DNA of 64,000 nucleotides. It comes from Terriglobia bacterium (lineage in GTDB: Bacteria; Acidobacteriota; Terriglobia; 2-12-FULL-54-10). Positions 10,273 through 20,570 of this stretch are shown here, in pieces. Position 1 is the first letter of the stretch. Each line of letters opens with the position of its first letter. Made by a program: the position numbers and the translations under genes. Below the pieces are notes generated by a model. That model was not told where the DNA came from and searched no databases. It saw nothing but the letters and a program-made list of their open reading frames with translations. The stretch covers positions 32,001 to 96,000 of the forward strand of contig CAXVYR010000002.1 of the NCBI GenBank assembly GCA_963666975.2, given 5' to 3'.

Positions 10273-10370
10273 GCAGGAAAAGCAAAGGCGATGGTAACCA
10301 TCATGATGGCGACCACAATGGTAATCTCCATAAGGCTGAAGCCCTTTTCTTCTTCGCGCCGGGAAGCCAT
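10273..10370 (-). pseudogene. 5' fragment of a prepilin (FimT/PilE-like)
   Basis: MASRREEEKGFSLMEITIVVAIMMVTIAFAFP, then switches into antisense IS sequence. Confidence 0.75.
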
Positions 10371-10419
10371 TTGCCGATGCTCTGGGGAGGAAATTAGATG
10401 CCATCACGATGCCCCTCCT

Positions 10420-10525
10420 GATGCCTGCGGGATGCTGCACCACGCCTTACAGCTGGGCGCCCGGCTGTGGCTGACCATCCACTGCCCTCGCCTCCTGAGC
10501 GACAACGGGCCGTGCTATCCGAACT
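10420..10525 (+). mobile_element. IS3 orfB (rve integrase core) fragment
   Basis: PRLLSDNGPCY DDE-core motif. Confidence 0.6.
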
Positions 10526-11106
10526 GCAATCATGGCTGGCAGAAAAGCCCGTCAATGAATAAATGGAACGCTCCCGAAACTTCCCGTACCAGAGCTAGAT
10601 CGACCGCTTCTTCACAACCCCCTATGACGTTTTTGCTCTCAAAAACGGGTCGCATCAAAGAGAAAAGGCTAAGATTTTTCGGAAGGGCATACCAAACCGC
10701 GCGATGCATCGAACGTGCAGCCGGTTTCCTCCTCTACTCCTAACTTGGAAGGAGGCACGCCTCCTTGTATCCTACACGAGTGCCCATCATCCAGCCAGAC
10801 ATGTGTCATTTTGAAAACCGGAACAAAGTGCTACTTCAGTGACCCCAAATATTTCTTCTTCACGTATCGCGCATTTATATCTATACCGTTTTCGCAAATG
10901 GTGTAGACCGCTCTGCCATCGGGACCAGGCATCCTCTTTGGCTGTCATCCTGAGCCCTTCGGCGTATTCGTGCGCGTGAGCGACGACACGCGTTACCCTA
11001 TTATTCCTTCTTGAACTTGCATCGGCCAAGTGAACGACCTGGACGGCGATGGAATCCATTATGATATAAGCTTCTGGGAACGCCACAATCGCAAAGGAAT
11101 CATTTA

Positions 11107-13935
11107 ATGAGGGCTTTACTGTTTTGCATGCTGGTTCTGTCATTGCCGACAACGGCCGCTGCCGGAGAAATTCAAGGGCATATTCGGAGCGCGCAAGGCG
11201 CGGCGATCTCCGGGGCAAAGATCACGGTTACCAACCAGCAGGAGGACGCACACTGGGAAGCTGTCACGGGGGAGGACGGCGACTTTACGGTCACGGGCCT
11301 CGACCCTGGTTTCTATCGCGGGAGCGCCCGGCTCGGCCCGCCCGGCTCGGCCCGGGCTGACTTCCAATTCCCGCAGGCCCAGGCGCAGGCCGCCTCCGCG
11401 GCGGAGGAGCGGAGCCGAAACCTCCTGCTTGTGGCGGAAGAACGGAATCCGAACATCTTTGTTTCTCGCATCGACTTGAACGCCCTGCGGACCCGCTTGA
11501 CATTGATTCGGGGCGCAGAGGCCCAATATATCCCCGAATTCCGGCCGGAGCAGAATTACTTCGGCGCGGAATTCGGGTTCCCGCTGCAAGAGTTTGAAGT
11601 CATCCGCTCCCGCCCGCTGGCGACGGGCTGGCGCGGTTCCGTTTTTGGCCTGCACCAGAACAGCGCCCTGAACGCCCGAAAGTTTTTCCAGGTGGGCCCG
11701 GTGGCCCCTTCCCGTTCTAGCCGATACGATCTGACCGCCGGGGGACCGATGCTTTCCCCGAATGCATCGTTGCTGTTCCAATTCGGTCAGGGCTTCACCT
11801 CGGATTTGCTTAACGATACCATCCAGGTACCCTTGGCCTCAGAGCGAACGCCGCGCTCTTCCGACCCCGAAGTAAATGCGGTGATCGCCAACCTCTTGAG
11901 GGCTTACCCGGCCGAGTTGCCCAACCTGCCTCATATCAGCCCGCGGGTACTCAATGCGAATGCCCCGCGCGATATAAACTCCACGAATAGCCTGGCGCGG
12001 CTGGATCTCAAAGCGGCCGAGGACATCTCCTTCGCCCTGCGGTATTCCATCAGTGATTTCAGCGAAGATCCCGCCGAGCTCGTGGTTGGGCAGAAACCTC
12101 AGACGGAGCTGCGCACGCAGGCTGCGCATGCCAGCGTAACCCGGACCTTCTCTGCCGAAACCATTGGCCGCTTCGGCTTCCATTTTGACCGGACCAAAGC
12201 ATTGTTGCAGCCGACCAGCCGGTTTACGGAACTTCTGGCTCCCCTGGGCATTGCCTCAGTCCCCAACGTTGATTTGGCCTTCGAGGTGGCCAACATCGGC
12301 CCTGGCGTGATCTTCCCGCGCCGCAGGATTCAGAACCGTTTTCAACTGTACGCCGATCTCAGCCGGACTCTCGGGCGGCACACTCTGAAGGCCGGCTGGA
12401 GCACCTCTCGCATTCAGGTGAACGACCTGCAAAGCGACAACAGCCGCGGGACCCTGCGATTTGCCGCGGACTCCGGACGTTCGGCGGTTGAAAATTTTCT
12501 GCTGGGGAGGCCGGAGAGTTTCACGGTTGCTCTGGGAAACCTCCTCCGCGGGTTTCGGAATTGGGAACACTTCTTCTTCGTGGAGGACCAGATTCGCCTG
12601 TTTCCCTCCTTCAGCCTGAGCCTCGGGTTGCGGTATGAATTGATGACCGCACCCACAGAGGTGAACGGCCTCACCGACACCGGCTTTTCGGCTGACAAGA
12701 ATAATTTTGCCCCGCGTTTTGGTTTTGCCTGGAATCCTCGCAGCGGAAGTACGACCGTTCGGGGCGCTTACGGGATCTCCTACGGAACCCTATTCCCGGT
12801 CTCCTACGGAATGACGCGCTTTAACCCGCCCGCCACCCAGGTGATTGAGGTGTTCGAGCCGGACTTTGCAAACCTGCTTTCCGGCATCCCGCAGGAACCC
12901 GAGGAGGGCGGCCGGTCGGCGCTGAATATTTTGAACCCCGATTTGGCGCATCCTTACTCGCACCAATACACCCTCGGCATCGAGCGAACCCTGCCGTGGG
13001 CCAGCACGTTCCGCATCGCCTATCTTGGGATGCGGTCCTTCAAGCTTTTCTCCCGGGGAGTATATAATCGTGCCCATCCTGTTCCCGGCATTCCCACCAC
13101 CACAGCCACCATCAACCAGCGGCGGCCCGACCCTCGTTACTTCGCCATCAATATGATAGAAGGCAATAGCATCGCCTACTACGACGCGATGCAGCTTTCC
13201 TTCCAGAAGAGGCTGACCCACGGGCTGACGTTCCAGGCGTCTTATACCTTTAGCAAGAACATCGACATAGGCGGCGATTTCACCAACACCGCTTCCGTGG
13301 AAGTCCCACCCGAAGTGGGGACGTCCAGTTGTGAACTCTGCGACCGGGTCAGCGATCAGAAGGCAGTCAGCCTGTTTGACACCCCGCACGCTTTGTCCAT
13401 CCGGTACAGTTACAGCCTTCCTTTTGCCTCCAGGGCCGACGGATGGAAAACGGCTTTGTTCGGGGGATGGCAGATTTCAGGCGCCACCATCTTCCAATCC
13501 GGAACTACGTTCCATCCGCATACCGGTTCGGACGCGCCCGGTTTCGGCAACGTGGACGGGCAAACCTCGGACCGCCCCAACATTTTGAATCCGGACATCC
13601 TGGGAACGAGCCCGGACGATCCCGACACCTCCCAGTTGATCTTCGACCGGGCATTTTTCGACACCAACATTCCTCCCGGCGGCCGCGGCAACATCGGCTA
13701 CAACACCTTCCGTAAGGACGGCACCAACAATTGGAGCTTTGCGGTGGGTAAAATGTTTCGCTTTGCCGGCGGGCGGGAGAGGACGCTGCGGTTCCGCGCG
13801 GAATTCCTCAATCTGTTGAATCACGCTCAATTTATCAAGCCGGGGGTTCAGGTATCCATTCCTACGTTTGGTCAAATCACCAATACGGTGAACAAGGGGA
13901 GGCAGGTGCAGTTCTCCTTGCGTCTGAATTTCTAA
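11107..13935 (+). CDS. TonB-dependent receptor, Oar-like, with N-terminal carboxypeptidase-regulatory-like domain
   Basis: Signal peptide, GAAISGAKITV, LSLGLRYE, NNFAPRFGFAW, FRAEFLNLLNH, terminal LRLNF. Confidence 0.9.
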   Translation: MRALLFCMLVLSLPTTAAAGEIQGHIRSAQGAAISGAKITVTNQQEDAHWEAVTGEDGDFTVTGLDPGFYRGSARLGPPGSARADFQFPQAQAQAASAAEERSRNLLLVAEERNPNIFVSRIDLNALRTRLTLIRGAEAQYIPEFRPEQNYFGAEFGFPLQEFEVIRSRPLATGWRGSVFGLHQNSALNARKFFQVGPVAPSRSSRYDLTAGGPMLSPNASLLFQFGQGFTSDLLNDTIQVPLASERTPRSSDPEVNAVIANLLRAYPAELPNLPHISPRVLNANAPRDINSTNSLARLDLKAAEDISFALRYSISDFSEDPAELVVGQKPQTELRTQAAHASVTRTFSAETIGRFGFHFDRTKALLQPTSRFTELLAPLGIASVPNVDLAFEVANIGPGVIFPRRRIQNRFQLYADLSRTLGRHTLKAGWSTSRIQVNDLQSDNSRGTLRFAADSGRSAVENFLLGRPESFTVALGNLLRGFRNWEHFFFVEDQIRLFPSFSLSLGLRYELMTAPTEVNGLTDTGFSADKNNFAPRFGFAWNPRSGSTTVRGAYGISYGTLFPVSYGMTRFNPPATQVIEVFEPDFANLLSGIPQEPEEGGRSALNILNPDLAHPYSHQYTLGIERTLPWASTFRIAYLGMRSFKLFSRGVYNRAHPVPGIPTTTATINQRRPDPRYFAINMIEGNSIAYYDAMQLSFQKRLTHGLTFQASYTFSKNIDIGGDFTNTASVEVPPEVGTSSCELCDRVSDQKAVSLFDTPHALSIRYSYSLPFASRADGWKTALFGGWQISGATIFQSGTTFHPHTGSDAPGFGNVDGQTSDRPNILNPDILGTSPDDPDTSQLIFDRAFFDTNIPPGGRGNIGYNTFRKDGTNNWSFAVGKMFRFAGGRERTLRFRAEFLNLLNHAQFIKPGVQVSIPTFGQITNTVNKGRQVQFSLRLNF

Positions 13936-14033
13936 CCGGCGCGGCTGGCTCCCGGCGCACCCGCACTGCGTTCGAGCAGCTTTTGGGAAATTAAAAGGAG
14001 GAAATTAAAGGTCAGGCGTGCGGGCTTGCCGCG

Positions 14034-14243
14034 TCAAAAAATTATTCCTGGACCGCCCGTGTTGCCGGGGCCGTTCTGCAACGGCTCATTTTTCTTGCCC
14101 ACCGAAGTTCCGCAGCGGGCACAAAGGTATTCGGAAAGCTCCCGGTCCATTAAGACCAAAAGCAGCTTCTTGCGCACCGGCATGGCCTGCCGGCACTTGG
14201 GACAAAAGATCGAAACCGCTTCCAGACTCTCAAACTGATCCAT
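14034..14243 (-). CDS. Small zinc-ribbon protein
   Basis: CPKC...CARC motifs in 69 aa. Confidence 0.75.
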   Translation of the reverse strand: MDQFESLEAVSIFCPKCRQAMPVRKKLLLVLMDRELSEYLCARCGTSVGKKNEPLQNGPGNTGGPGIIF

Positions 14244-14299
14244 AGAAAATCGGCATTCCACGTTGCTGACGGTCATTCAATTTCTCAGCGGTTTCTGAT

Positions 14300-14623
14300 A
14301 GTCGGTGGTTGTGAATCGACTGGTAGGTATAAAGCTTTCCTAAAACATCTATTAGAGCTTCCATTCTCTCATCAAGTCTGAGAGCTATCCTCCTGGCTAG
14401 ATTAAACAATGACCACAGACCATTTGTGACCTGGCTCTTCTCTCCCCTCCCAATCAGGTTGTAGCAGATGGACTTTGAGGGTGGTAGTGCCTCCTACGCT
14501 TGCTATAAAAACATCATCCAAAGCTGTTGCTTCCCAGGTCAATTTCCCAGCCTTCGTTTTCTCCACAAGTGTGTTCACTAATGGGGCAGGGTCTAACTCT
14601 TTGTCCAGCGGTTGATTACTCAT
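14300..14623 (-). pseudogene. Low-GC hypothetical gene, frameshifted
   Basis: ORF 14402-14623 continues in another frame as LFNLARRIALRLDERMEALIDVLGKL. Confidence 0.55.
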
Positions 14624-15174
14624 TTCCTTGCTCCAGAATCAATTTCTCCTTTAATTCTACCCAGGTTCTCCCTCAAAGTCACGATACTACGCCTACAAAT
14701 CCGAATCAGTCTTTGCTTTTGATCTGCCTAAAGAGGTTGGTCTCGATTAGTCATGATATTTTCGGCGATAATCCGCAATTGCGTCCTTACATTGAGTATT
14801 CGTTCTTGCAGTAGTTCGTTCTTGCAATTATCGCTTAGATAAGGACTTCGTCTGTAAGGAATTTCGCTTAGTGCTGAAGTCAACTCGTGAACCCTGATTC
14901 CGGCCTCAGCGAAGCGATCATGTTCAATGAAGTCCCCGAGTTGCTCCATTTTTGCACATGCAAGTTCAAACTCGTCCGCCAGAGCACGGATCGTAATACG
15001 GTCCCGTGCCTCTCTGGCAGCGGTCGAAGCCCTCCCAGCCCGAATCCAGGCAAGCAGGCTGAATAAAAGCCCGAAATACTTGCGATGCCGAAGATGATTT
15101 CCAATGATGTCACTTTTTCTCGTTGCCATTATGCCCTTTCTCATGGCTTTGGGGAACGCTGCCTTTTCATTCAA
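14620..15174 (-). pseudogene. Low-GC hypothetical protein with N-terminal TM helix, frameshifted
   Basis: Helical ORF 14728-15174; shifted frames give a fuller TM segment and a C-terminus ENLGRIKGEIDSGARK* overlapping the next ATG (ATGA). Confidence 0.55.
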
Positions 15175-15322
15175 AGGATCGGATTATTAGAGCTTATATC
15201 CGATCTGGCGAAACCACCTCTTCTTTGCAGAAACGTCAGCGGGCATCCCTGGAAAATGCATCTGGCCCCTTACCGCCCCCATCCGTTACCGCGTCCGGAA
15301 TTCCAACCATGGAACTCATAAA

Positions 15323-17023
15323 TCAATGCACGCGCTTTTCGTAGCCTGCCCATTCCTTTTCGCGGATTTCAAATTTTTTGATCTTGCCGGTTGAGGTCTT
15401 CGGCAACGGCCCAAAGGCGACGTCCTGGGGACACTTGAAGTGGGCCAGCCGCTGCCGGCAGAAATCAATAATGTCCTTTGCGCTCGTCTGGCGCTTGGGC
15501 TTGAGCGTGACAAAAGCCTTGGGAACCTCTCCCCACTTTTCATCGGGAACGGCTACTACGGCCACCTCCATCACATCGGGATGCTCGCAAACGGCCTTCT
15601 CCACCTCCTGGGTGGAGATGTTCTCGCCGCCGCTGATGATGATGTCCTTGGAACGATCGCGAATCTCAATGTAGCCGGAGGGATGCATCACGGCCAGGTC
15701 GCCGCTGTGGAACCATCCTCCGCGAAAGGCGGTCTCGGTCGCCTTCGTGTCCTTGAAATAGCCCTTCATGACGATGTTCCCGCGCATGACCACCTCGCCC
15801 AGCACCTGCCCGTTGGCGGGGACATCCTGCATCTTGTCGTCCACCACCCGCATGCTGGTTCCACTAAGGACATTGGGCACGCCCTGCAGGGCCTGGATTT
15901 GCGCGCGGTCCGCCAATTCTTTTGTATTCCATTCTTCCCGCCATTCACAGAACGTGAAGGGACCGTAGGTCTCAGTGAGACCATAGAGATGCAGGACGTC
16001 GATTCCAAACTTCCCTGCTTCGCGAATCAAAGCCGGCGAGGGGGGAGCCCCGCCCACCGCCACGCGCAGAGGATTCTCCAGCCGGAAATTCTCCGCCGCC
16101 GGATGGTGCAGCAGCGAGGTCAGCACGGTGGGAGCGCAGCAGAAGTTCGTGACTCGATGCTTGCGAATGGCCTGGAGCATCTTCTCCGGCTCCGGCTTGC
16201 GCAGGCAAACGTTGGCGCCGCCCATGGCGGTTACACCCCACGTAAAGCACCACCCGTTACAGTGGAACATGGGAACAATCCATAGGTAGTTGCTGTAGTT
16301 CTGGAGCTCCAGCATCTCGGTGACTCCCAGGGCGTTCAGGTACGCTCCCCGGTGAGTGAACATCACTCCCTTGGGGCGGCCGGTGGTGCCGCTGGTGTAG
16401 TTCACCGAAATAATATCGTTCTCATCATCCAGCCGAAAGTCCGCAAACTCGTCTTCGCCCCGGCCGAGGAACTCCTCGTAGTCTTCTCCCTGCAGAGGGC
16501 ATTCCACGCCGGCGCCGGTATCCCGGACAATCACAAATTTCTTGGTCGAGCGAAGCTGCGCCGCGCGGGAAGCAATCACTGGAGCCAGTTCTGAATCCAC
16601 GATCAGGATTTCGGCTTCGGAATGGTCCAGAATATATGCGATTTCATCCCCGCTGAGCCGCGTGTTGATGGCCACCAATACGGCCCCCGCGAGCGGCACG
16701 CCGAAGTGGGCTTCAAGCAACGGCGGCAAGTTGGGCGCTAGATACCCGACACGGTCTCCCGGCTGGACGCCCGCGCTGCGGAGCGCCCCGGCCAGCCGGT
16801 GAACCCGGCGGCGCAACTCGGCGTAGCTCCACTGCTGGTCTTCATAAACAACAGCCGTCTTGTCCGCGTAAACAACTGCGCTCCGTTCCAGAAAAGTGAT
16901 CGGGGTCAGCTTGCTGATGGAGACGTCCATCTGCTGGTTGAGTTGTTCGTCGATGGATGCTCCCCGGGAAAAGGCCTGGGAGGAAGTTTCTCCAGGACCA
17001 GCAGGGACAGGAGTGGAAGCCAT
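15323..17023 (-). CDS. Acyl-CoA synthetase (AMP-binding, fatty-acid--CoA ligase family)
   Basis: YTSGTTGRPKG, YGLTET, FHSGDLA, DRSKDIIISGGENI, PKTSTGK; GGAGG RBS before ATG 17023. Confidence 0.95.
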   Translation of the reverse strand: MASTPVPAGPGETSSQAFSRGASIDEQLNQQMDVSISKLTPITFLERSAVVYADKTAVVYEDQQWSYAELRRRVHRLAGALRSAGVQPGDRVGYLAPNLPPLLEAHFGVPLAGAVLVAINTRLSGDEIAYILDHSEAEILIVDSELAPVIASRAAQLRSTKKFVIVRDTGAGVECPLQGEDYEEFLGRGEDEFADFRLDDENDIISVNYTSGTTGRPKGVMFTHRGAYLNALGVTEMLELQNYSNYLWIVPMFHCNGWCFTWGVTAMGGANVCLRKPEPEKMLQAIRKHRVTNFCCAPTVLTSLLHHPAAENFRLENPLRVAVGGAPPSPALIREAGKFGIDVLHLYGLTETYGPFTFCEWREEWNTKELADRAQIQALQGVPNVLSGTSMRVVDDKMQDVPANGQVLGEVVMRGNIVMKGYFKDTKATETAFRGGWFHSGDLAVMHPSGYIEIRDRSKDIIISGGENISTQEVEKAVCEHPDVMEVAVVAVPDEKWGEVPKAFVTLKPKRQTSAKDIIDFCRQRLAHFKCPQDVAFGPLPKTSTGKIKKFEIREKEWAGYEKRVH

Positions 17024-17299
17024 GTAAATCCTCCGACAAATGTGGCATTGCTTCAGAGCCGCCAATGGATTTCAAGCGACGATCATTGTACCGCAAAGTT
17101 TCACCCGTCTCTCCCCGCGATTTCCCGAATCAACGCAGCAGCGTTCCATACCCGCTGCCACCATCATTTCCCGCTGCCTCGAGCAATCAACCGGTTGTTG
17201 CAAAAAGAGAGGAAGGAGTAGGATAGGAGCAGATAGGACAGGCACAGAATTGCGCGAGTTGCCGCTTTCTGCAACGCCTCCCGTTTGCAGCCCGCCGCC

Positions 17300-18274
17300 A
17301 TGGAAAGGCTCGCAGTGAACGCCGTCAACCAAATCCCACCCCGCGCTTCGATGATCCGCGAAACACGCTTTGCCATGGGGCTTTCTCTGGCTGTGGGTAT
17401 CCTCATGCTTGCAGGCAAATCCGCCTCCTACTGGCTCACCGGCTCAGCGGCCATCTTCTCCGACGCGGCTGAATCCGTGGTGCACGTGGCAGCCGTCGGT
17501 TTTGCCGCCTATAGTTTGTGGCTTAGCACCAAGCCGCCCAACCCGAAATTTCCATACGGCTACGAGAAAATCTCTTACTTCTCGGCTGGCTTTGAAGGAG
17601 CGCTGATTATCCTGGCGGCGGGATTGATTCTCTACCACTCCATCAGCCGGTGGCTGGCAGGCCCGGAGCTTGCCCGCCTGGGGCTGGGCACGGCGCTGAT
17701 CGGCGGCGCGGCATTGGTGAACGCCGCATTGGGAACGTATTTGATCTCGAAGGGAAAGAAAAACAACTCTCTGATCCTCGAAGCCAACGGCCGGCACGTG
17801 CTGACCGACAGTTGGACCAGCTTCGGCGTGGTGGGCGGCCTCTGCCTGGTCCTGCTGACCGGCTGGAAGCCTTTCGACTCCCTGCTGGCAATCGCGGTGG
17901 CAGTGAACATTCTGTGGTCGGGGAAAGGACTGGTCCGGAAGTCGTTTGCCGGGCTGATGGACGTCGCCGACCCGGAGCTTGGGAGCACGATTCGAGAACA
18001 GCTCGATCGGCTGACGGCGGAAATGAACGTCGGCTACCACGGCGTGCGCTTCCGCCACACCGGCATCAGTTTGTGGATTGAATTCGAGTTGCAGTTTCCC
18101 GGCGGGACGGCCATCCAGGATGCACACCGCGTGGCGACGAACCTGGAAAGAAAATTAAAGGAAAGCCTGCCCCTGCCCGCAGAAGTATTGACGCACCTGG
18201 AGTCCGCCGAGGACCACGCCTTCGTCCATGAAGAGCCGCACTACGAGGGCAAGCCGGGGCTTCGCGAGAGTTAG
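17300..18274 (+). CDS. Cation diffusion facilitator family transporter
   Basis: TGSAAIFSDAAES, FPYGYEK, HVLTD motifs; six TM segments. Confidence 0.9.
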   Translation: MERLAVNAVNQIPPRASMIRETRFAMGLSLAVGILMLAGKSASYWLTGSAAIFSDAAESVVHVAAVGFAAYSLWLSTKPPNPKFPYGYEKISYFSAGFEGALIILAAGLILYHSISRWLAGPELARLGLGTALIGGAALVNAALGTYLISKGKKNNSLILEANGRHVLTDSWTSFGVVGGLCLVLLTGWKPFDSLLAIAVAVNILWSGKGLVRKSFAGLMDVADPELGSTIREQLDRLTAEMNVGYHGVRFRHTGISLWIEFELQFPGGTAIQDAHRVATNLERKLKESLPLPAEVLTHLESAEDHAFVHEEPHYEGKPGLRES

Positions 18275-18293
18275 GCTAAGAAGGGAGTGCCTC

Positions 18294-18590
18294 ATGGTTC
18301 ACCCAATCTATCGTGTCAAAGCTTTTGAAATCGTGAAGCCTTATACCTTGCGCGTTCGGTTTGATGACGACACGGAGCAGACGATTGATTTTCAACCAGT
18401 GCTCGCCGGAGAACTCTACGGTCCTTTGAAGGATTTAGCGCTGTTCAATCAAGTCCAAATTGACCCGGAAGTGCACACGCTGCTTTGGCCTAACGGGGCA
18501 GATTTCGATCCCGCCACGCTCCATGACTGGCCGGACCATGTGGATTTTTTGACGGCCCGCGCGCGGCAATGGGAACCCACAACTGCCTGA
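18294..18590 (+). CDS. DUF2442-domain protein (antitoxin-like)
   Basis: YTLRVRFDD...GPLKDLALF...TLLWPNGADFDPATL. Confidence 0.8.
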   Translation: MVHPIYRVKAFEIVKPYTLRVRFDDDTEQTIDFQPVLAGELYGPLKDLALFNQVQIDPEVHTLLWPNGADFDPATLHDWPDHVDFLTARARQWEPTTA

Positions 18591-18603
18591 AGGACACCGC
18601 CTC

Positions 18604-18759
18604 TCACGGAATCACGTTGCGGATAATCTCGTAGATCAAGCCGGTCGTCTCGTTCATCAGGATGACGTTCCCTGCAATCACCACGCGACGGTAGCCTGTG
18701 GGCAGCCTCGTCAACTGGCGCTCCAGTTCCGCAGGCAGCGGCTGAATTTCCTTCTGAAT
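18604..18759 (-). pseudogene. 3' fragment of an RcnB-like (PPGL-type) small periplasmic protein
   Basis: Manual translation IQKEIQPLPAELERQLTRLPTGYRRVVIAGNVILMNETTGLIYEIIRNVIP*; no start codon. Confidence 0.6.
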
Positions 18760-18766
18760 TCTGAAG

Positions 18767-18852
18767 CTACAGAGGCACAGAAATTATAGAGACAAAAAAG
18801 ATATGTGTTTTGAGACTGGATGGATATCTCCGTGTCTCTGTGTCTCTGTGGC
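18767..18852. repeat. Imperfect inverted repeat built from CACAGAGA-like octamers
   Basis: CTACAGAGGCACAGAAATTATAGAGA ... TCTCCGTGTCTCTGTGTCTCTGTGG. Confidence 0.55.
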
Positions 18853-18863
18853 CTAATTCCAGA

Positions 18864-19946
18864 TCACGGATGCTCCTTCTCCGTAAACCACTCGCCGGGC
18901 ATTTCCCTTCCCACGCCCTGCTGCCGCGCACGCTCATAGACGGCGATTCCGCAGGCGGCAAACTGCAAACTCAGTCCGATGTTGTTGACGAAGCATGTGA
19001 CCTGCTCCGGGTTGCTCCGTCCGGCCACTTTGCCGGTCAGCAGCTCTCCCAGATTCGGCAGTTCGCCCCACTCCACGACGCCGCCCTTCGCCTTGGCCCC
19101 GCCGCTGGCAAGCTCCGGCACTACACTGCGGTCCCCTCCGCTGACAAAGCTGAGCGGCTCGGACTCCCGGCTGTGAATCACCAGGATGTCGGCGCCCTGG
19201 AGCGTCCCCCGGTCCAGCTCGAACGCACGGATCGAGGTGAGAAACATCCCCGGCTTCATCCAAGCCTCTTCAAACACCGGCTGGGCGGAGTTGGTGGCGG
19301 CGATGGCTATCTCGGCTCCCTCCACCGCTTCGCGGCCTGAAGCAACCGGCTCCACCGGCAGCCGCAGCCGCTCGGACCATTCCTTGGCGAATTTCTTGCG
19401 ATGGTCCGCATTCGGGCTGAAGACTCGAATGCGCTTTATGGGTCGCGCGGCGCAGATGGCCATCAACTGCGCCCCGGCCTGCCATCCGGAGCCGAGCAAG
19501 CCGACCGTCGAGGCATCCTCCCGGGCCAGCCGCTTGGCGGCGATGCCGTTGGCCGCGCCTACGCGCAGACGTTGGATCACCCCATCGGGGAAGACCGAGA
19601 TCAACTCGCCTGTCTCCATGCTGAACAGCAGGACCAGCCCCACATGGCGATTCCCCGGGGCCTTGGGCACCTTCTCCCGCCGCACGGTTCCGGCCCGGTT
19701 GTGCCATGTCAGAAAATCGGAGTTGACCCGCCACACGGCCACTTTCTTCCTCGGGTAAACGGCAGGCATGGACTTGAACTCATACACGCTCTTCTCCGGC
19801 CCGGGCAACGGGATGAGCATGTCGCGCCGGGCGGGCGAGATCGCCTCGCCCTCGACCAAGTCGCGATAGGCCGGTTCTTGCACATCCATGGCCACCTCGA
19901 TGGGCAGCAGTCGTTCCACTTCCTCGTTGTTCAGCACCAATGTCAC
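18864..19946 (-). CDS. Ornithine cyclodeaminase / mu-crystallin family protein
   Basis: LRVGAANGIAAKRLAREDA, GLLGSGWQA Rossmann motif, GRSNPEQVTCF. Confidence 0.9.
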   Translation of the reverse strand: MTLVLNNEEVERLLPIEVAMDVQEPAYRDLVEGEAISPARRDMLIPLPGPEKSVYEFKSMPAVYPRKKVAVWRVNSDFLTWHNRAGTVRREKVPKAPGNRHVGLVLLFSMETGELISVFPDGVIQRLRVGAANGIAAKRLAREDASTVGLLGSGWQAGAQLMAICAARPIKRIRVFSPNADHRKKFAKEWSERLRLPVEPVASGREAVEGAEIAIAATNSAQPVFEEAWMKPGMFLTSIRAFELDRGTLQGADILVIHSRESEPLSFVSGGDRSVVPELASGGAKAKGGVVEWGELPNLGELLTGKVAGRSNPEQVTCFVNNIGLSLQFAACGIAVYERARQQGVGREMPGEWFTEKEHP

Positions 19947-19973
19947 TGCTTCCGCTCCTTTTGCGATCCCGCC

Positions 19974-20426
19974 TCAGCAAACACGGCGTGTGTCCGCTGA
20001 CCGGAGGTTTGCGCTGCCTCGATAGTCTCCGCCCGCAATCAGTTTACTCTCATCCACCTGCCCGTTATAAACATAGACCCAGACTTTTGCTTCCCGGCCA
20101 TCGTCCATCACCACAGGCGTTACAGCGCGAATAAACAAACTTCTTTCCGGATGCGAAGGAGAGAACGCTTCATATTCATCCAGGATGCTTACTGCATTTG
20201 CCGGGTCCCTGAGTTCATACACCTCGCCTCCGACGAGATGTTCAGAACCAGCACGGATGACCGCCGGGTACTCGCCCAAATCGTACAGTCTCCCCTGGAT
20301 ATTGCCTCGCCCGACGAACTCCGCTTGGACTCTTCCCTGCCAACTCTCCAGCGATGGAAAACCCCTCATCAGCGTTCCGTAAACGAAAAGAAAGCGCGGC
20401 GTTGCAACCGGATCAATTTCCCCCAT
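19974..20426 (-). CDS. Gamma-glutamylcyclotransferase (AIG2-like) family protein
   Basis: FVYGTLMRG, LYDLGEYPA, LDEYE, WVYVYN. Confidence 0.9.
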   Translation of the reverse strand: MGEIDPVATPRFLFVYGTLMRGFPSLESWQGRVQAEFVGRGNIQGRLYDLGEYPAVIRAGSEHLVGGEVYELRDPANAVSILDEYEAFSPSHPERSLFIRAVTPVVMDDGREAKVWVYVYNGQVDESKLIAGGDYRGSANLRSADTRRVC

Positions 20427-20570
20427 CCGCCGACACCTCACCAAGCAGTTTATGATTCTTTATACCACTTTTTCGGATTACCGATAATGGAAGGGTCCAG
20501 CGATTTGCAGGCAGCTTCTGGTTTCTCCTCCAATGTCCGGGAGGCAACGGTCCAAATACTTCAATACTGC

